A stretch of 64,000 nt of DNA from a virus (taxonomy: Duplodnaviria; Caudoviricetes): positions 256,001-320,000 of IMG/VR virus record IMGVR_UViG_3300010167_000010, one strand, 5' to 3'. This document shows, piece after piece, positions 19,461 to 29,045 of the stretch. Position 1 is the first letter of the stretch; every line of letters starts with the position of its first letter. A program made the position numbers and the translations under genes. Under the pieces are notes generated by a model that was not told where the DNA came from, made no database searches, and worked only from the letters and a program-made list of their open reading frames with translations.

Positions 19461-21896
19461 ATGATTTTAGACAACAAGAATTATAATATTGAAAACAATT
19501 TGGAAACTGAATCTAGCGAATTTGAAATTGCTGCTAATGCAAAAATGTTTGATATATTATCAAATAAAATTTATGAAGATCCAATCAGAGCAGTAATTCG
19601 TGAGCTTTCCTGTAATGCTATCGATGCTAATATTGAAGTAGAAAATATTGAACCATTTAAAGTTTATCTTCCAACCCAAAATTATAAATCTTTAATTATT
19701 GAAGATAACGGTATAGGCATGACCCATGAAGATGTTATGACAGTTTATAAATCTTATGGAAAATCTACTAAATCTAATTCTAATAAGGTAATTGGTGCAT
19801 TAGGTTTAGGCGGGAAAACACCTCTTGCTTATACTTCACAATTTATTTTAGAAACTGCAAAAGATGGAAAGAAAAATAGTTATATAATTTTTAAAGATGA
19901 AGATGGTATTCCAAACGTTACTTTAACTTCTTCAGAAGATACTGATATTTCTGGAACAAAAATTGAAATGATTGTTCGTAATGAAGATATCGATCTTTTT
20001 ATTACAGCAGCTATTAAAACTTTTGTTTTCTTTGATAAAATGCCGATAATTATGAGAGGAGAAGACGAGTTTTATAGAGTAATATATCAAAAATTTAGTA
20101 ATACTATGGAAATAGGAAAGGCTAAATTAGCTTTTGATGAAGCTAGATTTTTATTAAAGAATGATTATATTTCTAATGAAAGCAACGGTGGCGATATTAT
20201 TATTCGTAAAATATTAAATAGCTATAATAGTACACATGGAATTATTATGGGACAAGTTTATTATTCAGTAAATCCTAAAGCAATTTTAAGAGATGGTTAT
20301 GGAACAGCTGCTGAAGAAGTATTAAATTTTCCAAATTATAGTAATTATTCTGGCATAAGAAAAGTTATTCATGTAAATCTTGGTGATGTATCTTTTCAAC
20401 CTTCACGTGAAGTATTAAATTATAATAAATCTACAATTGCTTTACTTCAAAATAGATTTTATAATCATTTTGAAAATTATATCGTAAATATGGAAAATTA
20501 CAAGGATCCAAAAACTTTCTTGAAGAATTTTTCTAAAATAAATTATGCAAAAGATGTAGTAAAAATCTCTACATGGGATGATACAAATCAAGATGTTTCT
20601 TCTATAAGAGATTTATATAAAAATGTTATAAATTATTTGTATTCTGAAATTGATCAAAAAGAAGCAAATTATTATATTAAGCAACGCCATAATGGAACTT
20701 GGGAAGTACAAGCTATAGCTCAAGACAGCGCATCAAAAATACAAGACTTAAACACTACAAAAAGTATTTTTTCTGATATATTTGTAGAAAACAAAATAAA
20801 AAATATTATTGTATTAGATGATGCAAATATTTCTGAAAAACTGGATAATTTTCATAAGAAAGCTTTAGAAAAACAAAGATTTTATTTTACTACTCCAATA
20901 AGTTTAAGAAATAAACTTGTTCTTCTTGATAAAACTATAAATACATTATGTGTAACTGAAAAGACAGCAAAAAAATTAAAAGCTTTTCTAAAAATAGATT
21001 TTATAAATTGTTCTAAATTAGTAGTTACAAAAGAAGCTAAAATTAAAACAAAATCTGAAAGAGATACTTCTGCAAAATGTTATAATTATACTGAAAGAAG
21101 ATATGCCGAAATTAATGAAGTATTAAAAATTACTAAGAAAAATAAAGTTACATATGAATGTTTTGAAGGAGAAGTAAATAAGAAAGGTTGGTGGTATACT
21201 CCTTTATTTGATGTAATAAATAAGAGTACAAAAATAAATAAGCAGGCTTGTATTAAAATAAATTATCATGGAAGCTATAATAATTGCAGTAATAGAGTAG
21301 AAGATTTTAATACGATATTTAATATGCTTCCCAGTAATAGACCGCATCATTATTTGGTAGATTGGAATTTCTTTAAAAAATATATTATTGGAAATAAAAA
21401 TTGGGTTCATATAAATGATTATGCAACCAATTTAATTAAGGATAATTTTAATACAATTTCAACTAACGCATTAAATATAATTTTATTTGGTGATTCTCCA
21501 TTTTATAGATCAACTCAAGCTGAGGCATTATTAAAACATGGAACTGAAAAATATCTTAATTTTGAAAATACAGCTTTTGGAATAGAATGTCAAAGAAAAA
21601 TTAATGAATCGTTTAATAAAGAAACTGATATTAGCTTAAATAAAAAGACAGTATCTACATTTCATAATTCTCTTATGGGAATGAAAGAATATTTTAGTTC
21701 AGACAGTTTTAATAAACTATTAAAAGATTTTGAAGAATTAAAATTAAAATTAGAAGCTGTCAATATAAAAAGAGTAAATTATTGTACAGAAATATATGAA
21801 AAATATCCGATGATTATTTATGCATTAAAATCTGATTTCGATAAAGATCACTTAATAAATTATATTGCAGAAAAAGAGAGCTTAGTATTAAAATGA
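19461..21896 (+). CDS. rIIA: rIIA-like protein (N-terminal GHKL ATPase domain)
   Basis: FEIAANAKMFDILSNKIYEDPIRAVIRELSCNAIDA, IEDNGIGM, YGKSTKSNSNKVIGALGLGGK, GDVSFQPSREVLNY. Confidence 0.85.
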   Translation: MILDNKNYNIENNLETESSEFEIAANAKMFDILSNKIYEDPIRAVIRELSCNAIDANIEVENIEPFKVYLPTQNYKSLIIEDNGIGMTHEDVMTVYKSYGKSTKSNSNKVIGALGLGGKTPLAYTSQFILETAKDGKKNSYIIFKDEDGIPNVTLTSSEDTDISGTKIEMIVRNEDIDLFITAAIKTFVFFDKMPIIMRGEDEFYRVIYQKFSNTMEIGKAKLAFDEARFLLKNDYISNESNGGDIIIRKILNSYNSTHGIIMGQVYYSVNPKAILRDGYGTAAEEVLNFPNYSNYSGIRKVIHVNLGDVSFQPSREVLNYNKSTIALLQNRFYNHFENYIVNMENYKDPKTFLKNFSKINYAKDVVKISTWDDTNQDVSSIRDLYKNVINYLYSEIDQKEANYYIKQRHNGTWEVQAIAQDSASKIQDLNTTKSIFSDIFVENKIKNIIVLDDANISEKLDNFHKKALEKQRFYFTTPISLRNKLVLLDKTINTLCVTEKTAKKLKAFLKIDFINCSKLVVTKEAKIKTKSERDTSAKCYNYTERRYAEINEVLKITKKNKVTYECFEGEVNKKGWWYTPLFDVINKSTKINKQACIKINYHGSYNNCSNRVEDFNTIFNMLPSNRPHHYLVDWNFFKKYIIGNKNWVHINDYATNLIKDNFNTISTNALNIILFGDSPFYRSTQAEALLKHGTEKYLNFENTAFGIECQRKINESFNKETDISLNKKTVSTFHNSLMGMKEYFSSDSFNKLLKDFEELKLKLEAVNIKRVNYCTEIYEKYPMIIYALKSDFDKDHLINYIAEKESLVLK

Positions 21897-22747
21897 TTAA
21901 ACACATAATTACAGATGAAGCAATTTTAATTCCCACATCTAAAGGAGTTATTCAATATCAAAAAGATGATGATCTCTATAATGATATTTTAACCCTTGTA
22001 ATGAAAGAAGATTCTACATTAGAAGATATTAAAAAATTAAATTCTTCTTGTAATTATGAAGATGATGATATAGTTTTTATTCAAGAAAAAAATACAGATT
22101 CAGTAGAAGTTATTTTTAATGGAAGATATCATTTTTTAAATCATACTTTTGTTTCTAGACTTATTCAAATGTTAAAATTAAATGATGGTTTTCAAATGAA
22201 ACACGCAGCTAATTTTATCAAAAGATTATTAAAAAATAATTTTAATTTAACTAATACTTTAGAAAAATTATTAGAAATTGGTTTTTTATATACTCCTTCT
22301 GGACAAATTATTTCAGTAAAAAATTTTGAAAATGAAGGCAAAGGTGTTTTTGCAAAAAAGAGGTCTTTTGCTGAAAAAGATATGATTAAAAAAACTTTCA
22401 TTTTAATAAACCCTGAAGACATTGATGCTCATTTTAATTTTGATCAATATATAGTTTTAGCTAATGTTATGGGCCCTGAAATTTTTGGAGAAAAATATCA
22501 AACATTTCTTAATGGTTCTTGTATAGGTGATGCAGATGAATTATTTAATATATTTAATGTTTTTGAAAAATGCAAAAATAACTATTTATTAAAAGATATA
22601 GAAGATTTTACAAGCTTTAATAAAGAGATAGAAGAAAAATTAGGTGTAGAAATAAATATGAAAAATAGAAAAAGTTCTGAAGTAGTTCTTTCTATATCTC
22701 GTTTAATGAAGTTTAAAAAAATAGTAAATAATATCTTATTTGACTAA
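21893..22747 (+). CDS. divergent rIIB-like protein
   Basis: Translationally coupled to rIIA; NFIKRLLKN...GFLYTPSGQIISVK resembles the rIIB core. Confidence 0.45.
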   Translation: MIKHIITDEAILIPTSKGVIQYQKDDDLYNDILTLVMKEDSTLEDIKKLNSSCNYEDDDIVFIQEKNTDSVEVIFNGRYHFLNHTFVSRLIQMLKLNDGFQMKHAANFIKRLLKNNFNLTNTLEKLLEIGFLYTPSGQIISVKNFENEGKGVFAKKRSFAEKDMIKKTFILINPEDIDAHFNFDQYIVLANVMGPEIFGEKYQTFLNGSCIGDADELFNIFNVFEKCKNNYLLKDIEDFTSFNKEIEEKLGVEINMKNRKSSEVVLSISRLMKFKKIVNNILFD

Positions 22748-23501
22748 TATGAAAAGTTATAATTGGAATCCTTTTTCACTTGTAGATAGTCCCACAGGTT
22801 CAGCTGCAGTAGTTTATACATGCGGCTGCCATTTAAGTTGTCCTTATTGTTTTAATCCAGAATTACGACAATTTAATTCAGGTAATTTTGATAAAAAACA
22901 AATTATAAAAAAAATTAAATCTCTTCAAATTGTACCAGACCCAATAGTTAATGGTTCTGAAATTTTTAATACAGTTGAATGGCTTATTATTTCAGGTGGA
23001 GAACCATTAGATGCTCCTAGTAATGAACTTGTAGAAATAATAAATGTCGGGGCTGAAACAGATTTAAGAATTGGGTTTTTTACATCTGGTTATAATATAC
23101 ATCAATTTAAACAGATAATCGATCAAACTGATATAGAATATTTTCATATAGATTATAAAGGTTTAGAAAATGATAAAGAAACTTTAGAATCTATAGAATA
23201 TTTATATGAAAGATTTTGTAGTAGATATAATCATATGTATATTCATATAAATACTACGATAATGAGATCATTTCATACAGAAGAAAAATTATTTGAAATG
23301 AAAAAGAAATTAATGAAAATATTATATAAAAATAAAAATATTCCAATTTTTATAAATAAACCAGATACTTCTGATAGATTATTATTTTGGACTTTAACAC
23401 CTATATCTATAAATCATCAAAACACTTTAACAAAATTAAATTATATTAAAGATGGTTTTTTGGAAGAAGATTTAGATTTTTTAAAAGCAATTGTAAAATA
23501 A
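22740..23501 (+). CDS. radical SAM protein, anaerobic RNR activase-like (NrdG2 type); ATG start likely 22749
   Basis: SLVDSP...AVVYTCGCHLSCPYCFNPEL (CxxxCxxC) and ISGGEP. Confidence 0.8.
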   Translation: MTNMKSYNWNPFSLVDSPTGSAAVVYTCGCHLSCPYCFNPELRQFNSGNFDKKQIIKKIKSLQIVPDPIVNGSEIFNTVEWLIISGGEPLDAPSNELVEIINVGAETDLRIGFFTSGYNIHQFKQIIDQTDIEYFHIDYKGLENDKETLESIEYLYERFCSRYNHMYIHINTTIMRSFHTEEKLFEMKKKLMKILYKNKNIPIFINKPDTSDRLLFWTLTPISINHQNTLTKLNYIKDGFLEEDLDFLKAIVK

Positions 23502-23502
23502 A

Positions 23503-25791
23503 TTATGCACGATTTCTTCTAAAAATATTTCCTAAACCTCTGCGTGCTGGTGCAGCAGCTTCAGCTACTTCTGGTGCATTTGGGAAATATTTAAATTCTT
23601 GACCTCTACCTGCATCAAAACTTACTACCCTACCAATTTGTTGGCCTGCTTCATTATAAGCGTTTCCGTCTCTAACAAACATTTCAACTCCATCTATAGT
23701 CATTGGTCTAGCTGTATAAAATCCTCCAGTTTCATTGGGTAATACAAGAATATCTTCATTGCCTCTTGCAGTTGGTAAATTAACTGTTGTCGGTTGTCCA
23801 GAGGTTGCAACTTCATGACCAATCGTGCCAGGTCTAGGATTATTCATAGAATTAAAACCATCTGGCGATTGAATAGCTAAATTACCATTCCCATCACTTA
23901 CAAAATTAATTTCATTTGCAGCTTGTTGTGCTACTTGTTGGTTTACGCCTTGTCTAGCAATTTCATCTGCAATTACATTATCTGGAATAACTTGACCATT
24001 TGCTAAATTTTCACCAATATCAGCTATATTTTTTAATGCCTCATCATTTAATTCTACACCATATTTTTGACAAATTTGATTTAATTGATATGTTTCATAT
24101 GGGTCTATTATAGTTTTTATTGGTTCCATTCCTGGAGGAGTAATATCTGGAACTAATTCAGCTACTATTATTTGAGCTTCATTAGGATCTAATCCATTTT
24201 GTTCAGCTATTTCAATAATAGCATTATTTATTTCTTCAGTACCAGCTCCAGCAGCAACTTGTTGTTCAATTACATCTAAACATTTTGGAACTATGTCATA
24301 AACTGCATCTGATTGTAAACCATCTGCAACTAAATTTCCACATATAGATTCTAATTGTGCTGGACTTATATCCCCACCCTGAGAAATAATTTGATGTGGC
24401 GAAATTCTTTGTTGGGCCCAGTTTATATCAGCTTGTGTTAATTGAACTTGAGTACCATCTGTACGAGTTATAACATCCCCAACGTTTGCTTCTGCTTGTG
24501 CTGCAATAGAATTATGAACTGTACTAGGTGGTTGTGTTTGTGCAGTTAAAGTTTCTATAGAATTCATTGCTTCAGCTTCAGCTGCCGATATTGCGTCACT
24601 AGACGATGCAACAATCTCTGCTGCTTCTGGAATTGCCGCCGCAAATGCGCCTGCTAAAGAAGAAACTCCAGCTTGTAATGCTGCGGAAGCTCCCATCATA
24701 AATCCACCACCAAGTGCAACACCACCAAGAATAGAAGCAAAAGTTTTTAAGAATATTTTACCCTTATCTGATGATTGTAATTTTTTTAATATCCATTGTG
24801 CTATTTTATTTTTAGAATTTTGTAATGCTTCAATAATAGTGTCATATGCTTTTTCTCCTAGTTGACCGCCTTTTTCGGCTCCATATTTTCCAAACTTTAA
24901 CATAAAGTGGGCAACTACAATACCAGTTACAGCTCCTAATAAAATTCCTGGAGGACCAAATGGTGCAAACATTGCTCCAAATTTAAACATTGATGCACCA
25001 TAAGCTAATGGTTTAGCTATTTTAGCAACAACACCACCAATTTTTCCAAGTAAGCCTTTTAAGAAACCACCTTTTTTACCAGCAGGTTTAATTGTATCAG
25101 CTAATTCTTGTGATGCTTGTTTATATGTAACTTGACCATGTAATATTTTAGATTGTAATTCTCTAGCTATATCTTGAGCAGTTTTTTCAATTTCTGGAAT
25201 TGTCATTGCTTCTAATTCTTCTGTTTCTGGAATAGATTCAATTTCAATTTTTCCCATTTCTCTATCGTTATCTAATTTTTGTTCTATAGGTGTTTCAGCT
25301 GGTCTATTTGCTCTATCATCTCTTCTTTTTTGTAATCCAGAACGAATATCGTCACCTGGGGTATCTTTTTTTAATTTACGTCTAATATATGCGGCGTCAT
25401 TTTCTCTATCTTTTCTAGCTCTTTCTCTACCAAAATAATCTTCATCTGATTCATCTGATTTACGAACTAATTTACGTTCTTGTAAATGATTACTATCTTC
25501 AAATAAAGATATTCTAGCATATTCTTCTAATAAACGATTTTTATTTTCTCTTAAATTAAATGACGGGTTAAAAATTTGTTCTTCTAATCTCATCATATTT
25601 ATAATTGCTTCTCTTAAATAAGGCCAATCTTTATCACAAATAGCTGGTGCAATTTCTTTATAAAATTCACTTAATTTAAATTGTGGAAGCCAAGTTCCTT
25701 CGCGAGCTTCTCTTAGTATTTGTTGATTTTCTCTTAATCGAATTTTTCGTTCACGAACTGTTTCATTATTATTTAAAAAATTATCTATCAT
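23503..25791 (-). CDS. putative internal head/ejection protein with Gly-rich hydrophobic helices
   Basis: 762 aa; N-terminal domain paralogous to 25792-26781; many L/I-x-E motifs; hydrophobic segments PPGILLGAVTGIVVAHF and SILGGVALGGGFMMG. Confidence 0.4.
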   Translation of the reverse strand: MIDNFLNNNETVRERKIRLRENQQILREAREGTWLPQFKLSEFYKEIAPAICDKDWPYLREAIINMMRLEEQIFNPSFNLRENKNRLLEEYARISLFEDSNHLQERKLVRKSDESDEDYFGRERARKDRENDAAYIRRKLKKDTPGDDIRSGLQKRRDDRANRPAETPIEQKLDNDREMGKIEIESIPETEELEAMTIPEIEKTAQDIARELQSKILHGQVTYKQASQELADTIKPAGKKGGFLKGLLGKIGGVVAKIAKPLAYGASMFKFGAMFAPFGPPGILLGAVTGIVVAHFMLKFGKYGAEKGGQLGEKAYDTIIEALQNSKNKIAQWILKKLQSSDKGKIFLKTFASILGGVALGGGFMMGASAALQAGVSSLAGAFAAAIPEAAEIVASSSDAISAAEAEAMNSIETLTAQTQPPSTVHNSIAAQAEANVGDVITRTDGTQVQLTQADINWAQQRISPHQIISQGGDISPAQLESICGNLVADGLQSDAVYDIVPKCLDVIEQQVAAGAGTEEINNAIIEIAEQNGLDPNEAQIIVAELVPDITPPGMEPIKTIIDPYETYQLNQICQKYGVELNDEALKNIADIGENLANGQVIPDNVIADEIARQGVNQQVAQQAANEINFVSDGNGNLAIQSPDGFNSMNNPRPGTIGHEVATSGQPTTVNLPTARGNEDILVLPNETGGFYTARPMTIDGVEMFVRDGNAYNEAGQQIGRVVSFDAGRGQEFKYFPNAPEVAEAAAPARRGLGNIFRRNRA

Positions 25792-26781
25792 TTATTTACC
25801 CTTCATCGCGGTTCTAGTATTTTTATCTTGAGCTATAGTAGCTGTATTTGCATTTCTTGCTACCTCATCTGCCGCCCTTTGATTTGCACCTTTATTTGCT
25901 GCAGCACTTACAGTATTTTGAAATTGATTTACATTGTTTTTAATACCTTGTCCAAAATTTTGAATTTTATTTTTAACGCCCTTTACTGTATCGAATGCAC
26001 CACCTATCTTATTAGCAAGCCATCCACCACCTCCGCCCATTTGTTTATTAGCATTATTTATTTGATGACCTGTACCAGTATCAACTTCTTTTTTATTATC
26101 TTGTGCAGGAGCAGCTTGATTATTCTGTGTAGCAGCATTATTTTGATTATTTTCGGCAGGTTGTTCTGCACTACCTTCTTGGTTTTGATCTTGGCCTTCA
26201 CTTTGATCAGCTTGTTCGTTTCCGCCTTCTTGGTTTTGTTCTTCTCCATCTTGATTTTCAGAATTTTCTTCTGCAGGTGGTGCTTCTTGATTTTGACCTT
26301 CCTGATTATTTCCTTGATTTTGATTATCAGGTTGTTGATTACTATCTCCACCAGCATTTACTTCATTAGATAAATTATCTAATTCAGTTTTAATTTTATC
26401 AATCATATTTTGAATATTACCAGTATTTATTTCTTCTCGTAATGAATTAGATCTTAAACAAGCTATATTAAAATAATATTCTAATAATCGAGTATTACTT
26501 TTATCTAAATTAAAAGCTGGAGAAAAAATATGTTGTTCTAAAAATTTAAGTTTATTTACAACGGTATCTAAAACTTTCTGTTCTTCTAAATTAAAATGTT
26601 TATAATAAGGTTTATATAATTCTGATAATTTTTTAATTGGGATAAGTTCACCTCTTCTTATTCCCATTAAAGTCTTTTTATAAATTATATCTTCAGTTTT
26701 TTGTTCTCTTACTGTTTTATAAGAATCTGCATACTGAATAAAACTATTTATATTACTATTATAAATATTCTCAAAGTTCAT
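25792..26781 (-). CDS. putative internal head protein, Q/N/E low-complexity
   Basis: Shares KLSE(L/F)YK...LE..IF.P.FNL....RLLE.Y with 23503-25791; central Q/N/E-rich tract. Confidence 0.4.
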   Translation of the reverse strand: MNFENIYNSNINSFIQYADSYKTVREQKTEDIIYKKTLMGIRRGELIPIKKLSELYKPYYKHFNLEEQKVLDTVVNKLKFLEQHIFSPAFNLDKSNTRLLEYYFNIACLRSNSLREEINTGNIQNMIDKIKTELDNLSNEVNAGGDSNQQPDNQNQGNNQEGQNQEAPPAEENSENQDGEEQNQEGGNEQADQSEGQDQNQEGSAEQPAENNQNNAATQNNQAAPAQDNKKEVDTGTGHQINNANKQMGGGGGWLANKIGGAFDTVKGVKNKIQNFGQGIKNNVNQFQNTVSAAANKGANQRAADEVARNANTATIAQDKNTRTAMKGK

Positions 26782-26789
26782 ATTTTCTC

Positions 26790-27494
26790 CTAATAATTTT
26801 GTACTATAGAACTCATTGGTACCTGTAAATTACGAGGCATCATAGTATTTATTTTTCTTCTAAAATTGATAAACTCTTGGGGAATATCACACCATCTTAA
26901 TGGACATCTTTTCCAACCAACTGTTTCCCAATGTGTAGTTAAAATTTCTACTGTTCTATTATTTCTCGTTAAAATATCTACAACTAATTTTTCTAATGAA
27001 TCCATTGTTGCTGGAGTAAATAAGCCATCCCATGCTGAATGACATAATCCAATTCCAATAGCATGCCAATTATTAGTTCTATTTCTACAAACATCTTCAC
27101 CATATAATCTTCTAGCAAAATCTGTATAAATTTTTCCAGATTTTGGATCATTTTGAGAACTTCCTACATGCCAAGCTACTTCATTTTCTGGCACAACTCT
27201 CATAATTTCACCATCAATGCCAATTAAATATTGATAAGAACCAAAGGCTTGTGCTGATTCAAACCAGCGTCTGTTTGCAGTTGGTGTAGTACCAGGATTA
27301 GCTACCCAATGAATAGCTATAGCCCTTAATTCTCTCATTGCATCACCACGTCTGTTTTGACTACCTCGAGGTAGTAATTGTTCATTTATATTCAATTGTT
27401 TAATCTCCTCTTCTTTTTCTTCATATTCTTCTATTTCTGATTTTTCTTTTATTCCAAATAATATTCGGAATATTTTCATTAAAAAATCTATCAT
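26790..27494 (-). CDS. N-acetylmuramoyl-L-alanine amidase (Amidase_2), probable endolysin
   Basis: IAIHWVAN, SYQYLIGIDGEI, VAWHVG, AIGIGLCH, TTHW...KRCP (His/His/Cys zinc ligands). Confidence 0.85.
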   Translation of the reverse strand: MIDFLMKIFRILFGIKEKSEIEEYEEKEEEIKQLNINEQLLPRGSQNRRGDAMRELRAIAIHWVANPGTTPTANRRWFESAQAFGSYQYLIGIDGEIMRVVPENEVAWHVGSSQNDPKSGKIYTDFARRLYGEDVCRNRTNNWHAIGIGLCHSAWDGLFTPATMDSLEKLVVDILTRNNRTVEILTTHWETVGWKRCPLRWCDIPQEFINFRRKINTMMPRNLQVPMSSIVQNY

Positions 27495-27781
27495 GCAGTA
27501 ACGTGTCTATTATTATGTTTCTTAAATTCTTTTAAGAATTTTTTCATTAAACGAATAATAATATCTTCTCTATAATGTTCATTACTTTGTTTAAATACTT
27601 TATCAAACTTATCGTCGATATCTCTTCTTAATTCTTTTATTTCGTTAAAAGCTTTATCAATATTATCTTTATTTGATTGATTTATAATAGTCCATTTACT
27701 TGCATTCCAAAAACCAGTTCCTATTAAACCGGCTATCATTATTATAACAGTAACTAAAGATATAATTGTTGATGTGTCCAT
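27491..27781 (-). CDS. holin-like single-TM coiled-coil protein
   Basis: N-terminal TM IISLVTVIIMIAGLIGTGFW then coiled coil; coupled to the amidase. Confidence 0.45.
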   Translation of the reverse strand: MDTSTIISLVTVIIMIAGLIGTGFWNASKWTIINQSNKDNIDKAFNEIKELRRDIDDKFDKVFKQSNEHYREDIIIRLMKKFLKEFKKHNNRHVTA

Positions 27782-27782
27782 T

Positions 27783-28379
27783 TTATTTGATTTTCTCCTT
27801 TTTCATCCACCAAAGCAAGAAATCATCAATTTGGCCATCTAATAATTTTGATTTACCAATAGTTGTAGTTCTATATACTCCGGCATCATCATTTCTTTTT
27901 CTATCTTCATTTTCTATTTCGGTTCTTTCTTTTCGTTTTTTAGTAATAATTCCTTCTCTCCAAGCTTCATAAGATGAAGGACCACCTTTTTCACCATCTA
28001 AAGTACCATCTTCTTTTAATGTCCCACCATTAGTCCATTTTTGTAATTGATAACGAACTAAATTGACATTACTATCTTCATTACATAAATCTTCTTTTAA
28101 TCTATTACTTGTAGCTGCCTTAAAAATTTCTTCATTTAAAACTTGTAAAGTTCCAATAAGCTCTTCACTTTCATCTAATTCTTCACCATAATTTAAATAA
28201 ACATTATTTTCTTCTATTTTATCTAAATCAGTTTTTTCTACTAATATTCTTTGATTTTCAGGTGTTGTAGCATTTAAAGAACTAGGTCCTCCATCAGAGG
28301 CTGTTACACATTCATAAATATTTTCAAAAATGTTATTCTTGTTCATCATAATTTTCCTTTGGCTCTTGATTATACCCAC
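27783..28379 (-). CDS. hypothetical protein (possible head protein)
   Basis: Acidic, DGGPSS/GGPSS repeat, L-x-E motifs; real start probably at a downstream Met. Confidence 0.55.
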   Translation of the reverse strand: MGIIKSQRKIMMNKNNIFENIYECVTASDGGPSSLNATTPENQRILVEKTDLDKIEENNVYLNYGEELDESEELIGTLQVLNEEIFKAATSNRLKEDLCNEDSNVNLVRYQLQKWTNGGTLKEDGTLDGEKGGPSSYEAWREGIITKKRKERTEIENEDRKRNDDAGVYRTTTIGKSKLLDGQIDDFLLWWMKKEKIK

Positions 28380-28695
28380 CGATATATCCGCCCATTGTTG
28401 AGTTTATTATTTGAATAATTTCTTCTTGGGTTGCACCCCATCCTTTAGAGATCATTTCAATTGCTTCAGTTTTTGAGAAATCTTCATTTAAAACTAAAGA
28501 AACAAAATCTCCAGTTATTTCATCACACTCGAAATCTTTAAAAGAGATATCATCATCTTCATCGAAATCATAATCAGATGATTCTCTAATTTTATCGTTT
28601 AATCTATCATATTTATGAATAAATGATTCTTTTATTGGAATCTTCTTTTCATAAACAGACTCAAAAATTTCATTTAAAGTTTTGTTGTCTTTCAT
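28333..28695 (-). CDS. hypothetical acidic protein (possible head protein)
   Basis: LNE/IFE/IKE/IRE motifs; ACTAAATA 10 nt before the ATG. Confidence 0.6.
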   Translation of the reverse strand: MKDNKTLNEIFESVYEKKIPIKESFIHKYDRLNDKIRESSDYDFDEDDDISFKDFECDEITGDFVSLVLNEDFSKTEAIEMISKGWGATQEEIIQIINSTMGGYIGGYNQEPKENYDEQE

Positions 28696-28724
28696 ATTAT
28701 TTAGTATTTTATTTTACAATAAAT

Positions 28725-28750
28725 AAAAAGGCCCTGAAAATCAGGGCCTT
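28725..28750 (-). terminator. Rho-independent terminator
   Basis: AAGGCCCTGA-aaa-TCAGGGCCTT inverted repeat with U-tract on the minus strand. Confidence 0.75.
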
Positions 28751-28754
28751 CAAG

Positions 28755-28850
28755 TTATTTCTTTTTCTTTGGTTTTTGCTTTTGTTGTTTTGGAGCAGCA
28801 GCAGGCTTATTCGTCTTCGCTGTCTTCTTCTTCGCCATCGTAATCGCCAT
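28755..28850 (-). CDS. small Lys-rich basic peptide (not in ORF track)
   Basis: MAITMAKKKTAKTNKPAAAPKQQKQKPKKKK; GAGGAGG 9 nt upstream, inside the acidic ORF; stop directly before the terminator. Confidence 0.5.
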   Translation of the reverse strand: MAITMAKKKTAKTNKPAAAPKQQKQKPKKKK

Positions 28851-29016
28851 TTTCATCTTCCTCCTCTTCGTCATATTCTTCTTCATCGTAATCATCATAT
28901 TCATTACAAACTTCGTCGTATAAATCAGCTAAATCTACTTCAGCTTGTTCTCTACTACCGTCTTTTATAGTTTCAATGATCTCTTCAAGTCGTTCAATTA
29001 ATTCCTCATCTTTCAT
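28807..29016 (-). CDS. small highly acidic protein
   Basis: 69 aa, more than half D/E; AAGGAG RBS upstream. Confidence 0.75.
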   Translation of the reverse strand: MKDEELIERLEEIIETIKDGSREQAEVDLADLYDEVCNEYDDYDEEEYDEEEEDENGDYDGEEEDSEDE

Positions 29017-29045
29017 ATTAAATATTCTCCTTTATAACTTAGTTA

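Noticed and set aside
19461-21896. Hsp90/MORC-type defence ATPase
   Set aside because: N-terminal motifs, the PSRE.L.Y motif and the coupled downstream gene fit phage rIIA/rIIB better
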